Counted from the first letter of the whole stretch, positions 1 through 15,246 are shown. The stretch: DNA of 57,841 bases, filler included, from Platydemus manokwari (GCA_037951405.1; 5 parts of 5 records of this genome joined end to end with filler, not necessarily neighbours in it), one strand, 5' to 3'. Notes: a model not told the origin generated them from the sequence alone. Translations and numbers: made by a program.

Positions 1-65
<65 letters not shown>

Positions 66-85
66 TTAATAGTAATAGTAATAAT
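1..85. repeat. (TAA)n microsatellite
   Basis: Direct reading. Confidence 0.95.
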
Positions 86-3000
86 ACTATCTAAATTATT
101 AAAAATAATATCAATAAAAATTATTAATAAAATATTATTATTAAGATTAATTATAATGCCAATCATAAAAATAGAACTAAATAAATAAATTGTGTATTTA
201 TTGATCAATATCTTACCTAGTTCTTCATCGTTAAGTGAATATAAAAAATTAATTTGGCTGATGATATCATTGAAGCGATTCTAATTCTGGCTAGTACAAC
301 ATTAAATCTCCAATTAATTTCCTGATATAGAGTGGGGAAATATTTTCCAAATCTTTTGAATTTTTTTCCAATACCCATAATTGATGCATTGAAAGCAATC
401 TAATAATTGAAATAATAACAAAATGTTTCAGAGAATGTTCAAAGAAATAAGTTCAACGATTTATCAATTGTTGTAATAAGTTATCGCGCTCTTTAAAAAA
501 GATTCTCATTGATATGAATTTGAAATTAAAATGAAATTCAATGCAAATTAGAAAATCGCCTTAAAGATGTCATGCGCGCTAACATGTGATTTCTTGCGTC
601 AATATAAAGAAAAACAAGACACGATTGCGTTGAGGTTTATTGCATCGTGTGATGACAAATTGTTGAAATGCCATTTAGTCAATATTGTTTGCCAGTGGAC
701 TTTAAATAACGAAAGCCAAAATGTGGAATGTCAGTTGTTCACAGGGACGATGTCACACTCATTTGGTCTTTCTTTCAACGAATTTATTTGTAAATACTTT
801 GTTATCTAGTTTGTTAACCGAATTGTTTTGGATTTATCCAAAATTAAAGCGCTGATTTTACTTGAAGAAATATAAGTTGAAATTAGGCTTCTGATTTTCA
901 TAATAACAATCAGAATCTGTGAGCAGATATTGAGTAATACAGTATAGTAATAAAATAATTCGAATTGAAAACGAATTAAGAAGATCAACCCACAAAATAT
1001 TTAACAAAATATTTGCCATCAAATTGTTTAAAGGTGTTTTAAATCATTTTTTTTAAATCGAAACCGATTAAGAATTATTTATAAGAAATTTTAAAATCCT
1101 GACAATCGTCATCAAATAATATTTCGGATTCCAAGCAAGGAAAATATGATTCTGTAACTCCACTGACTGAAAACAGACCCGATTCGAAAATGTTCACTTT
1201 GTTCTTAAAATAAACCTAAGCCTGTGTTTCAAATATAACTGTTAACCATTTATAAGGCTGCCACTTAAAGTATCGCAGGGATCTACACTTGTTGTCGAAG
1301 TTCGTTTTGGAATAGACTTTCAAAGACTAAATCCCTGAAATATTGATGCAGTACTAAACATACAGAATATAAACCTTCGCTACTTCAGATATATCAGATA
1401 TAATCGTCACCTTATTAATAACAAAATCATAATTGCACCTCACTGATGTGATTCAAAAATGACTAAAATCTGCTTTACGCCATAGATAATATATTTTAAT
1501 GAGGACACATGTATAAGCTTGCTGCTTGTCATAATATTAGAGATATTCCAAATCGATAATTGGTGATAATGAACAATTTCATTGACATATTCCTTATATG
1601 ATTGAAAATATTTATTGATTTTTGGTTGCCTCTACAAGAATTTTAAACAAATCCAAATCTTCTAACAACAGATCTCTTCAAACCTTGTCACAATTGAGAT
1701 TTTTATCACAACCATAAAATATCAAACCGAAAAAAATCGATAACTGCAAATATATCAAAGACAAAAACAAGAGAAAAATTACAGAAAAAAATATCGAATA
1801 TGATTGATATCGTTTGAGTAGATTTGTTCAATTTTTCAATAAATAATTCAACGAAAAAAAAATTGTCTGGTCTTTTGATTTTGAAATCTCTTTATCGTTT
1901 TTCATGAGATTGGAAAAAAAAACTGTTTTCATCCATGGAGATTTTGAAAATTTTTCAAATATTAATGTTATTATTATGATCACGTTTTTCAGTTTCTTTG
2001 AATAATTTGATCAAGCTTTCAATACAATTTCCTCCATATGAATTATTAATAGAAAATAAAATATCGATTGATATTGATTAAAACAAAGAAAATGGAATCA
2101 TTAATTAATCGACAAATGCCGAGCTAGAATGGATTTTTCCTGAAATACAAGAAGTAAATCGTAAAATATTAATCGCTTTGTTTATATTGTTGCCTATCAT
2201 GTTATCTCCACACACACACCCCTTATATTTCACATCACATTTGTTAGCCGTTACTATTTTAAAAATCACACATTAAAAATGAACTGAAAAGTCGAGGCAC
2301 GAAAAATTTATTTAAATCCAAATATTTAAACAAATAATTTTAATTTTATATAAATATATTATTTTTTATAAAATTAGAATTAAATTAGAATTAAAGTTTT
2401 AATATTCACTTAACGTATCTCACAACATTATTGGCTTATTTTATGTTAATGTTATCAAAACTATTCACTTATCAATATTACAAAAAACCGTTTTTTTGGA
2501 AAACTTCTTCCACTTGGAAAAATCACCTTTTCTCCCTCTTTTCTTCCTCTCATCACCAATGACATAGTTACATCGAATATAGAAGAATTAATTAAAAACT
2601 GAAAACCATATGAAGTTTGCAATAAATACAATAAAAAAAACGTCAACAAATCTGTCATGGATTCTCATTTTCCATCAAGATTATTTCTCCTATTTCTCCA
2701 CAACCAATAATGAAAATTGTTGATATTTAAATTTCTTGATCAATTTTCGGGAAGATATTTTTGGATTTCTCAAGCAATTGGAAATGAAATTTTTGATATT
2801 TTATATTTCTCTTCAGTTGGTTGGATGAAATATTTTTGACTTTGTTATTCCCTGGAATAATTGATAATCATTATAATTATCAGAATAAAAACCCATCGGT
2901 TATGGAGCTGTAATTAAACGAAAGCAGTGATTTTAACCGATTAGACGTTGCCAGATTCAATTTCGTGATTTCTATTACGTTAGACGCCACTGTTTATGAA

Positions 3001-5373
3001 ACACCAATTGAAAATGATTTAAGAAGTTCAACCTACAAAAGTATATTTAACTGAAATATTCAACCCGATAATTTGAAGATATTTAAATCATTTATTTAGT
3101 TATTGAGATGAGTAAAAATTATATGAAAAAACTCTAAGATCCTTCCAAATTACATTAACGATTATATTTTAATAAATTATAATAATAAATAACAGAGTGC
3201 CCGATATCCCATAAACCAATACAAATAAAAATCCACGAATGCATTTAATAATTCCTTCATCGTAAAACTGCAAGCTGCAAAAAAGAGTGAATTAAAAAAA
3301 GAATAAATAATTATTTGAAATGGAGTAAGAAATAAAATGTAAAATATTATCGATTTCAAATCTATCGTTTTGCTCTTTACTTTTCTGATATTAAAGATAA
3401 ATTAAATTAAAATTTTTAATTTAATTTTTATAACGGTGGTAATTATCGGTAATGTAATTAAATAGTTTTGATGATCACAATGCTTTTAATGATAAGAAAT
3501 ATGTTAGATTTATTTTCATCCAATTAATTATGAGATAAATGGCATAAAATCAATACCGTATCATGTTAGCTTTTAAAATAACAATTCAGATCAGATAACC
3601 AATGGAAAAAGTTAATCATGGATATTGGCACTCTAGAAATGAATATCTTGTATGAAATACCTGCCTAGTACAACTTATATTTATTTATACGAGTATTATG
3701 ATTTAGAAGTCTTCATAGTAACTGTGATTTTCTTTTGCTAAGCACTGATAATTCCGAAATCAATTATCTTATATACAATATAAAAGTATAGTTAGTAAGA
3801 AAAGGATCTAGTCCTCAGATCCGAATATGAAATACTTGCCGGAAGATTACTCCTGGTCATAGAAATATTGTCTCGATTACTTCTAAAATACTTTTACTCT
3901 TTTACAACAGGTTCGTTCGTGTAAACAATTATCTATTATTTATAAAATCAAGTCGGAATACATTAATTAGAAAATATTATTAGAAAATCTAATCTATTAT
4001 TAATATCCAATCAGAATGCACACTTATTTGGAGCAGTCTCAATCCAGAATATAAAGAGGGGCAAAATCGTGAAATTTGTCATTACCAGATATAGCATTAA
4101 TAAAATTAAACATTTGTGGTATTTAGTAAATTATCATGCAGTATACCCTTTTGATGGGAAAATGTAATGATTTTTACATGCAGTCTTATTAAGAAGTCAT
4201 GAATTTTTGAACAAATAAATGGATAACTAGACTTGATTGTTATTATGACAGTGTTTGTATTATCCCAATTCAGTGTTAATAATACCTTGAAAGGAACCAG
4301 AGCAGATAATGATTAAGAATAGTTCAAAAATACAGGCACACAACACTTTTGAGTTTTACTCCTTAAATTGGCTTTCGGTTCGTGACTTCATTTTAAATTT
4401 GTTGAGCTTGATGAAAATTCATAGGATCAAATTTAATAATAATTTTAAAATTATTAAAAATTAAAATTATTATTAAAATTAACGTTTCATGAAGTACTAA
4501 TATTGGATTGAATATGTGTTATTCCTGATAAATTATTCATGTCTTTTATTGGATATCTCATAGCATCCTTCAAAACCTGAATAATCAAATTGGGAAATGC
4601 GTGGCTGCTGTTGTGTGATTAACCCTTATGACCTCTGATTTCTTGAACTATTTTTATCCTCTTGCATCAGCTCGTATCGCTGCAAATTAAAATAATAACC
4701 ACGAAAGATAAGAGCATGATATTATATGCGTTTATGATATAGCGTGTATCGCCTCACTAATATACTTCAAAATGGCCAGTCATGACGCCATTTTTTTCTT
4801 TCATCTGTATACCAGAGGTAAGAGCTTAAATTGATGTGTAATTTTAAAATGACTTCACTACATTTTAACAAAATGCTTTTAATTGATTTCAGAAAAAAGG
4901 GTTTATTTATAGAATTTTTGTCATTATTTTTGAATCATTATAATTGTTCATTTCAAACACATTTCCTTTCAACGTGATAATATGGGGAATAAATTTGATA
5001 TCATTGAGTTCGATCACAAAAATTTACAAGTTGTGAAGTCAAATCAACTTCCAATTATTGATAACAACGCTTAATGATCACCATAAAAATTAAGTCGTTA
5101 TATAAATCAAGATCAGAGCAAAATGTGATGTTTGTCGTTATCTGCAAGGAAAATTAATTAATTTTCGTTTTGATCATTTAGAGAAAATTTGAAAAGAAAT
5201 GCAAAAATTCCATTTCTTCCCATAATTTTCAATATCATTAGCAACTATTTGCAGTCTTGTTCAGATCTGTGCTTTCGTGACTTTTAGCAGTTAATAAGAT
5301 AGGAAGAATAATTTTTATCACAAATAAAATTCGCGAATCATATTTCAAAATGACAGATAAAAATAATTTGTTC

Positions 5374-5374
<1 letters not shown>

Positions 5375-5455
<81 letters not shown>

Positions 5456-5485
5456 ATCATAATCATAATTATAATCATAATAATT
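5375..5485. repeat. (AAT)n switching to (TAT)n, a self-complementary microsatellite
   Basis: Direct reading; explains the spurious poly-N/poly-Y ORF 5350-5547. Confidence 0.9.
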
Positions 5486-6197
5486 TAATCATTAATCATG
5501 GCAGTTCTAGCTCTCAATATTTGTTTCCATTGAAAATTTCGCCATGAGCATTTTCAAGAAATCTGATCGTGAGCCGAAATTTAATTTACCATCAGGACTT
5601 TCAGATAGACAAAACTAATGCATATGTTTGTCGAAATTCGTTTGAAACATACTTAATTGCAGCATAAGATTTCAAATATAGCGAAGAGAAATTCTTTAAT
5701 TATATATAATATTGAACAAATGCATTGGGATTGCAGCCAATCGGATATCCAAGACTTTTTTACAGAGATTTTCAATAGATATAGTATTATCCTATCCAAG
5801 CAATTCTATTGTAAGAATTGGAAAATCCATTATAGCCAGCACAGCAATATTACTTCTTATGACTTCCTATTACTTTAGTAATATTGTCACAAATGATCAT
5901 GAAATTTAAATATATTTTATGAGCTCCATGTATTGATATTATATTTGTACATAAGATGATTTGTTTGGATAAACTGATTTTTAAAATGTCGCTGGCCAAA
6001 ACTAGTCAAATCTACCAATGTGATCATGAGAAACCAACAATAGAAGCTTTCATTGAAACCTTTTCTAAAAAGCTGCACTAATAATCTTTGCGAAGTTCAA
6101 CATTGCTCGTAAAATATGACGCACTGGTGTAAAATTACATTTGTTTTATTCAGAGGACTACTCTCTGTGGAAGGATTGGTCGACTACCAACATTCTA

Positions 6198-6336
6198 TCA
6201 TTCGCATCGTCGAATAAATTCGTTATAAGATAAGCTCGTTATTGGATTGCCATCCTCCGAATCTCTAGATCATTCGCATCATCGGATAAACTCGTGGTCG
6301 GATAAATTCGTTAGCGGATAAGTTTGTCATTGGATC
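6198..6336. repeat. Short degenerate minisatellite (~15-bp ggataaa.tcgt units in two blocks)
   Basis: cattcgcatc.tcg.ataaa.tcgt...ttggat occurs twice, each with 2-3 internal units. Confidence 0.65.
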
Positions 6337-9084
6337 TCAACTTTCACAGCTCCTTCCATTATCATATGCAATCGGTAATTTATTCAATTGACTACGTGAG
6401 TATCGTACAAAGTCGCAAGAATTTGTACTGATATTCATTCATAAAATCATATAGCGGTACAAAGGCGAACACATTTGCACCAAGTCATCAGTACGCTGTA
6501 AAGCCGCAAGGGTTTTCAGAAGTCACATTTAAAGCTAAAATCAAATCTTCTTTAGTTTATCGTCCGAAGTAAGGCAGCACTTAGTTCCTTACGTCGGTTT
6601 GTTTTAAACTCCTCAGGGCACAAAACTACTCTCTGTCTAATTGCTGCATGACACATTCGTTAATTTTTATTATAATAAACGTATTGTATTACGATTTTGT
6701 TATCATACATATCATTATTATATTTAACAGTACCTGAATAACTACACGCAACCTATTTATTGATTAAAGTCGGATTATTGGTGGAATCATTATTACTCCG
6801 GTTCTAATCATCACTTAATAGTGCACAGATAATTCATCGAGTTCTGCTAGTTGAATTATCTCTTAGTTGAATTATCTACTTAGCACAGGCTAGTAGGATT
6901 TCATCAGAAGTTTTCTGTGATATTCTTACTGCACAAAAACTACAGCGGAAATTATTCATTTTCTACAAAAACAATGACGTCCTGACACTATGGACTTAAT
7001 ATGACACCGCGACTTACACTCAACAAACATTATGATTGTCCTACTCGACTTCGATTCATCATCCAAATTTTATTTGGATTCCCAATGAAATTAATGACTT
7101 ACAGTTTAGCCAAAGTTCCATTTACTGAGCAATCTTTAGCATGCATAATCCTCTCTTCCTTCTGCTAAAACATAAATTTGCATACTCAGCATGACCAACA
7201 CTGTTGCCTCAACTCAATTGTGATTCATTTGTCACAAACCGTTTTCTGTTGGCCGACAACTAGGTCCTGATTCCAATTCTTGTATACCAATTATTTCAAA
7301 CACCTTCTCCTTCTCTTTTCAAATGCTCAAGCCTGTCCGAGAAGTTTGTCACCGGAGGTCTATACATCTATGAGATCAACAACTCAGTACGGAATTCTAT
7401 GCGCAGATGAAGATATACTCACAAATACCAATTCCAACACATGACGTCCCGTCAACACAAACTTAAATAAAATTCCCAGACAAGTTCGTCCACAATATCA
7501 CAATTTCAACATAAATCCATCACAATACACTCCCACCAAAACTACAATTCCTTAACCACATTCTCCGAACTAAAATTTTCCAACTAATGATATGACATCC
7601 CGGCAATATGAAATCAATATAGGATCCCAATAAATGTGCTCACTATTTCATCAATCTGCCAAATTATCCAACAGAATTAGATTAAATTCGTACGGTATTC
7701 TCTATTCCCACATCAGTATACTCATGCAAATAATTAAAAAACCAAAAAATCACAGGCTGCTATATTCCAGAAGCATTTCTTAACTAGTTTCAGGAATTGA
7801 AGTAAAAAACGATATTTATCTAATCAAATAAAGCGAAAGTGAGGGTTTTCCCACCGCTTCTCGAAGAACTTGTTTTATGTTTAATAAATGTTAGTTTTTT
7901 TTACAACAATACTCGTTAATTTATTAATATGAATCCAAAAGATAGTAATACAAAGACAAGATAAATAAATAGGATTTGTCTATGAAAATCGAATCTAGTC
8001 TGTTAATAATATTGTGAATACTCACCAAGCATTGCTCTTCATCTTACTGCGACACCCCCAAATACTTTTACAGTGAATTAAATTATTAACGGTATTCGAA
8101 ATGACTTTCACAAATATCCTTTCACAATATAATGGCAATAAGCATGTCAACATTCCTTAATACTTTTACCATTTAAGATATAACCTCAAAATTTATCTCT
8201 TCATAAAATTATTCTTGTCTATCTATTTTTAATGGCAGTTTTCATCTGGCTGTCATGTATTTCATAGAGATTTTACTGGATTCGCTTTGCAGCAATTCCA
8301 CATTCATTGGCTTGATATTTATATTTTATGTCCAATCAATAATTATCGATTAATTCATAATTTGGTAAACATCTATTAAAAATAAATTTAATCTAACTAA
8401 CAAATTCATATTTGTTTGATTATTTAATTTTAATAAGAGATCTTATTTAAGGGGCCGGCTCTCTTGAATAATTTTTTACATCGTTATATTAATTATAACT
8501 AAATGATCAGCTTTTAGTCTTTTGTTGTCAAATTAATATGTTAACGACCATTGTTGTGCTCTATACCAGGTAGACCCAATGAAATTATAGATGGAAATAA
8601 CTCATTCGACAAGATTTACAATAATTCTGAGAACAAAAAAAATTTCAAGTTGAATTTTAAATGAGATATGAATCAACTAGAAAATCGACCAAAACAAGCT
8701 CACTGATTTGATGCTATAATTGGACAAGTTTTTTTCAAGAGAACTCGATAATTGTCGAAAGAAGATTTTCTTGAATATTCAGAAACACGAATTATTTTAA
8801 TTTGATTCTATTTTTTAATTTGCAATGTTAACTCTATTAATATAGCTCGAACAATCACGTGAATTGTTTTTCATTTATGCTGGATTTAATCAAAAATAAT
8901 AATTTTTAATTATATTTCTTCTTTTTCTTCAGACGATTTATTTTTATACATAAAATTGTACTTTTATAGACTAATATTGATAATTGTTGATATACTTAGA
9001 TATTTATTGGTCATTATTTTATATCTAAGCTAGAATCTCCTAAAATTATGTGTTTGAGTGAGTACAATCATGACATAAGCAAAT

Positions 9085-9121
9085 TCATCATCATCATTAT
9101 CATCATTATTAGTATTATTAC

Positions 9122-9162
<41 letters not shown>

Positions 9163-9180
9163 TATTTATTACTATTACTT
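9085..9180. repeat. (CAT)n/(TAT)n microsatellite
   Basis: Direct reading. Confidence 0.9.
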
Positions 9181-9621
9181 TAAATAATACTATTGATGAT
9201 TCAATTAATTAAACATAAAATAAAATGATGTTTTATTAAAATAGGTCATCGTTTTGATGTTTCATAACGGGAGTGACATCATTTACAAACCATTGAGAAA
9301 TTGTATGAGCAATTGATGGCTAGAGTACCAACTGAATAAATTGGTGAGAAATTGGACTCTGGTCTTTTCCGAAGATAATGAATCGGTGTAAAATTATAAT
9401 ACAAATAAAATTACCAATTCAAAATCCATCAAAATTCCCTGAAATAATAAACTAAATTATAAAAATTAAGACGCAATGAGTTATCGCGCATTAACAGCGA
9501 TAAATAAATTATCATCTGTCTTAGCGCATAAACTTCTGTAGCAGAATAAAATATTAGGTTGTCCCATATGAAATGTCCGATTTTCATGCACATATTTGAA
9601 GAAGCATAACTCATAAGAAAA

Positions 9622-9721
9622 NNNNNNNNNNNNNNNNNNNNNNNNNNNNNNNNNNNNNNNNNNNNTTAATTAATTAANNNNNNNNNNNNNNNNNNNNNNN
9701 NNNNNNNNNNNNNNNNNNNNN
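9622..9721. other. Artificial contig linker N44-TTAATTAATTAA-N44
   Basis: Exactly 100 bp with a six-frame stop spacer. Confidence 0.95.
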
Positions 9722-10674
9722 GATAATATTAATATTAATAATAATGATAATAATAATAAACTAATAGTAACAATAAAAGCATAATGATAGTAATAATAAT
9801 GAAAACGATGATAAAATAAATTAATAATAAAATAATAATAATGAAAATGATAATAATAATAAAAAGATAGAATAATAATAATATATCTGGTTGAATAAAA
9901 CGTTGAAGATTGATATTTCAAATGAGAACTTATTGATAATGTAACCTTTACTGTATTTCCCTGAATATTTGAAATCCTTTGAAATTCTAGCTCATATTAT
10001 CAGTTGAATTCAAAAATCATTAATAGAACAGATTTCCAAAATTATTTTGGCAGATTATTTTTCATTGCTATTAAATGTCTGACAACGCTTTCGGGATAAA
10101 AATTAAGTTGTTGAAAAATATTAGCAGCCATTTCAAAGCGATCCAATAACAATATGGAGGCTAAAACATGAAAACAAATGTCGATGCAGATGTTTCATAA
10201 TCGATATGGAATAGAAATGATAGCTTTGTATAAATCAAGTCTGGTGTAACAGATGATGAGATCAATGATCTAACGAGTCAATAAATAAATCAAAACTGCT
10301 GCCAAATGATCAATAATCATGGCAATCAAAAGCTTTCTGATTCAATATTAATGTTTTTAAATACGCAAACAGTATTTTATTCTTGAATGGTAAAAGAAAT
10401 TGGAAACCTTCGATGTTCTTTAACGTCTTGCTTGTCACATAGCAACGATTAAAGATACGATTTCAAGTCATGAACTCTGTGTTCAAGGTTTAGTTTTTAT
10501 AAACAATTTGAAAATCGATATTGGATTCTCGAAATGGACCAAAACCGAATCATTATGAGATATATTGGAATAAAGAATAGAAGATTAAAGGATAAACACA
10601 GATGGAATGTTGTGGAGCTTTATAAATCATAACAACATTTTGCTTGAGAATCCAGTAAACCAGTAGAATGCAAC

Positions 10675-11200
10675 TTGTAAACCTCTACTCTTTTATAAAG
10701 CACCGAAAAGTCACGACAACAAATAATATTTTAATTACAATTATTCAACAAATAAATATCTTATTAAAATCTGATTTTGAAATTTCAATTTATTATAAAT
10801 CCCCACATCCCCTTTCTTTAAAATATTTTATTTTATCTCAATTCTTAATTATAACTGCATCAATTTCTCCAGATGTTTATCAATATAAAACCACCTTTTT
10901 CTTTTCTATGTCATCTCTATATCTTCAGTATATCTTTTATATGTCTTCACCTTTTCTTCTTTACATCTTCTAGACATCGTCTCTATATCTTCTTCTCTTC
11001 TACACTTTCATGTCCTACACATTCCCAGAATCGAATTCAAATGCGTGGTCACCATGGAAGCCGATATCTTTTCATGGTTTGAAAATGAACTCAAAAGTCA
11101 TGACACCAAATTATATTTTAATTATAATTATTCAACAAATAAATAGTTTGTAAAAATATGATTTAAAATTTTAAAATTTCAACTCATTGTAAATCCCTTC
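10675..11200 (+). repeat. Dispersed repeat family A, copy 1
   Basis: Shares c(c/t)ctact..tttataaa, aaag.cacgac, ccctttctt, tatcttctct runs and gaatcgaa.tc..atg..tggt with copies 2 and 3. Confidence 0.7.
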
Positions 11201-13104
11201 GCAGCTGTTTATCTCGTGATATTTAAAAATGCAAAATAATATTTATAATATTGATAATTATTTATAATTTGACGGATTTGGGTTTTTTTTGCTATCAAAT
11301 TTCTGAAAATATTTATTATTGAAATCTAAAATCCAACGATAATTTCATATCGAACTGTTTTATGGGCCCAGATGAATCGCCAATCATATATCATTCAAAA
11401 ATATTCTCTTCACATAATAAATCGATAAACTTCACAAACTACTTATTGCTATCCGACATTTGACTAAGATTTTAATAAATTGTATGGCATCGAAAACAAT
11501 TCAATAGTTTGTAATCGATAATTATCTTAAGATTGATCCCCACACATTAAATTTGAAGAGCTGATAGAGATTTTGACGACATCAATTACACGTCAAAGTA
11601 ATGCGTTGTGATATTAATAAATTTCTTTTCATTACATTTGATTTTTGATCGTTTGTGTGTCATCATACTCAATTAATTCGACATCTCCGAGCTTGTCCGG
11701 GATTGTTCATTCACAAATCTCAACTTTCAAGCTTCTCTTTTCATTATATATCTTAAGTTTCATTTTAATATCATCTCAAAAAACATTAAGAATTTTCTAC
11801 TTAATGCGACGTTTTTAGACAACTATATAACCCGATGAACAAGTTTTTAAAATTAGTCAAGGAAACCACTTTATCTTCAAGTCGATTTTCTTATTCTAGA
11901 AAATCTATCCCAATACCACTTGCATTCCAAAATTTAAATTGAGGTTGTATGATGAAGAACAACACTAGCATGTTCCATGCATATTCATTGAATAATATCG
12001 AAAATCAATGAAGTGAAGAAGACATGCTTTATCTGAAATAGTATTTGAATCTGGAACAGAAGTAAAACTGATATCTAAAACAACACAGGGTCCTGTTGCT
12101 CAGCCAATCGGATCCTCAACAATCTGACCTGGGTGCCTGTGGAGGTGTAGTGCAGATCAGTCCTCCAATTGAGGAAATGGCTATCTCTCACGAAACATTA
12201 GTCTGACTAGAATACAATTTCGATATTTACTATGTTCTACAGCCAAGCCTTATTTTGGCTGTATGTGGATCTATCTTGTATGTACATTTTATTATAAATA
12301 TAAATCTGTCAGAAAACTATTGTCGAAATTCATCTTGTTTTAAATTGGCATCAAATATTGACAAATAGACCCAATTCTGAAATCCAATCAATTTCTTCAC
12401 AAACAATTTCTAATCCCATGGCGGCACCGAATAGCAAAAAATAATATTTTTACCAAAAAAATAAACAGAAAATTAATGGACTGGCTTTTACTGACAACTA
12501 GTTGATGATGAGTAGAGAAAATACAATTAATAAATCAGATATTCACAGAGTTTTTCGGTACGAGATATAAATCAATTGCCATTGCCAACCATGACAACGT
12601 AATGAGGGAATTCGCAGAATTCATTATCGATCATTTTCAAATCAATAAATCCAATGGAGAAATTTCTTCCATCTAATGAATTTGTCATATCAATTCATCA
12701 GTTTTCCACTGAAATGATAATTGGGATTTTTTTTTCATTTTTCTCTATTTTTTTTTCTTTTAATATCAGCTATATTCCATTCGATTTTAATCATTCTGGA
12801 TTACGATTGAATATATTTTCAATGATTTGCACCCATTTCTAGACACCATGGCAACAAGCCGTCAGTTTTTTGGGAATAAAATATGTTTCAGAACCGGAAA
12901 TCAAGTCAAAAAATCGATAGATTAAAATATGCGATTATTTTACAGAAGAACAAATTATTGTTTTAGGAAAACTGTGAGAGAAAAATCAATGAGATAAACA
13001 CGACACCTTTGTTTTATATTAAAATAACTATTTTCTCAGTGCTGAAGTTGAAATTGATTTGAATTTTAAAAATAATCGATATTTTTTGTAGAATTTTTAG
13101 TATC

Positions 13105-13540
13105 TATAAGCCGCTACTACTTTATAAGACACGCATGAAAATCAAATATTTAAAAATTTCATTCAAATTGAAATGCTCACATCGGCCCTTCTTTAAAATC
13201 CTTGATTTTCTTTACATTCTTAATTAACATTGTATCGAATGCTCACATATTTATCTTCATATAAAACTCTAGTTCTACTATCTGTTTTATATCTTCTCTA
13301 AATCTTCTTTATATCGTCTCTGAATCTTCTCTGAATCTCCATAAACAGCTCCATAATTTTCAGTCATTGATCTTCTCAGAATCGAACTCTGATGTATGGT
13401 CGTCACGTAAACCGCTACTATTTTATAAAACATGCATCGAAAACAAACTGAAAGGTTACAACACCAATTAATGTACTTAAATCTAAGTATTTAAACAAAT
13501 TAATTGGATTTTAAAAATTTTAATTCAATTTCAAATGGTC
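13105..13540 (+). repeat. Dispersed repeat family A, copy 2
   Basis: ccgctacta.tttataa occurs at ~13111 and ~13412 (internal period ~300 bp); other motifs as in copy 1. Confidence 0.7.
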
Positions 13541-14689
13541 GCAATCTACAAGATATTTGTTGTCGAATTTTCATGTTTAGAGTTAACGACTCATCGATAT
13601 AAACACAGTTTTGTAATCTTATGGTTTTACCTTCATTACATCACACGATACAGCTAAAGGAAATCACGAGTAGCCGTCATGACTTGTTCATCTGCTCCAC
13701 TCCATACATGTTCTGATTTTCACATTCATGTTTTATGAGTTATTTCCTGGTCACAATGAGGAGCAATTTGATTCGGAATTTTTGTTTTACTAACTCGTAA
13801 CACAGTATTAAATTGAAAAATTATTAAAAAAATAATTCAGACAACAACGAAAAAACTCCGTCAGAAGTCGACATTCCTGTGTTGCATCTGAGCAGGTGTG
13901 ATTTTAACTTAAATTCAAACAAAATTCATCTTTTTGAAATCAAAATTTAGATTCTGTTAAAAAAGAATTTTATAATGAACTTGCTCAGTTTGTTTCGTTC
14001 GGAGCTGTCAGCAGAATGTTGATATATTGGATTGATAATTCAATGACAACATTTGCGTTTAGTGGCGGCTTCTTTTCTTGTGATGATCGAATAAATTGAA
14101 TTAATTTTAGATATCTACATACGTTCTATCAATTTCCCAATACTTATCACACCAATTGAGAAGAAAAACACATCCAGGCATCAATGTAACCCAATATTTT
14201 ATATTGGGGGGTATTGATGAAGCATTTACAATTCCTCAGAGGATTTTTACTGGTGATGTTTTTTAGTTGTTAAACTGTTTTGCCGATTATTGGAATACCT
14301 TTTCTAATGATGGAGGTCAAAAAATTCATTGGCCATCATTGCAACTCATAAAACAATAAAAATACAATCTCATGTTGTCATTAGTAACGGAAAATGTCGG
14401 ATAAAATTCTGTGAAAAATGTAGGTTTTAGTTGTCATCAACAGGCAACAATGATTATGAATTCGATATATTATCGATTGGAGAACTGTGTTTCAGATAGG
14501 AATTAATTTTGTGAATAAGATATCAAACGTTATTATACCAAATGATATTGTGAAGGCGCTTATTCTTTCAAAGATCGATATAATGTTTTGATAATCATCT
14601 CATTGAAATGTCAGAGATATATTGCTGTAATAAATGTCATTCAAAAATGTAATAATATTAAAATTGAATTAGTTTTTTGACAGATATAA

Positions 14690-15182
14690 TTTTATATAAA
14701 ATTATACTTATTTGTTTAAATAATTCTATTTGAATACATAATTTAATGTCGTGTCTTTACAATTGGTTTTCGATACGTGTTTTTTAAATTAGTATTGGCT
14801 AATATGGCCACCACACATTTGGATTCGATTCGAAGATCAATGATTGGCATTTATTAAAGAAGGAGGAAGATGTTGAGACTATATCGAGAAGATATAGAAG
14901 ATGTAGAGAAGATATAAATAAGATGTAAGAATTAGAGATTTTCATGTTGATAAATATGTGGAGAATTCGATACCGGTGTCAATTAAGAATTGAAAGAAAA
15001 TCAAAGATTTTTAAGAAAGGGGGAATGTGAGAATTTGTAATGGAATTAAATTATTTACAGATTTAATTTTATTCAAAATTGTACTAATTTGTTTAAATAA
15101 TCTTATTTGAAGACATTATTTAAGGTCGTGTCTTTCCAGTTCATTTTCCAAGGCATGTTTTATAAAATAGTAGCGGCTAACA
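14690..15182 (-). repeat. Dispersed repeat family A, copy 3 (inverted)
   Basis: Reverse complement reads agccgctactattttataaaacatgc...gaaaatgaact.gaaagacacgac...ccccctttctt...gaatcgaatccaaatgtgtggt. Confidence 0.7.
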
Positions 15183-15246
15183 ATGTACACGCTGATTGGG
15201 TTTGAAATATTTCTATCAATACTCACGATATCACATATTGGTGAAC

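Noticed and set aside
217-400. Possible minus-strand exon ending in AG|GTAAGA
   Set aside because: No recognisable protein and no partner exon.
5350-5547. Poly-Asn/poly-Tyr ORF (also 9670-9921)
   Set aside because: Translation of (AAT)n/(TAT)n microsatellites.
6198-6336. CRISPR-like repeat-spacer array
   Set aside because: Degenerate units with no unique spacers, no cas genes, eukaryotic context.
9666-9677. Repeated TTAATTAATTAA palindrome as a biological motif
   Set aside because: Always centred in 44+44 N; it is an assembly spacer.
12150-12225. Hammerhead ribozyme or Penelope pLTR-like ttgagga...cgaaac
   Set aside because: Core is not CUGANGA and helices II/III do not pair convincingly. 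Other ctgatga hits I checked lacked a downstream helix plus GAAA.
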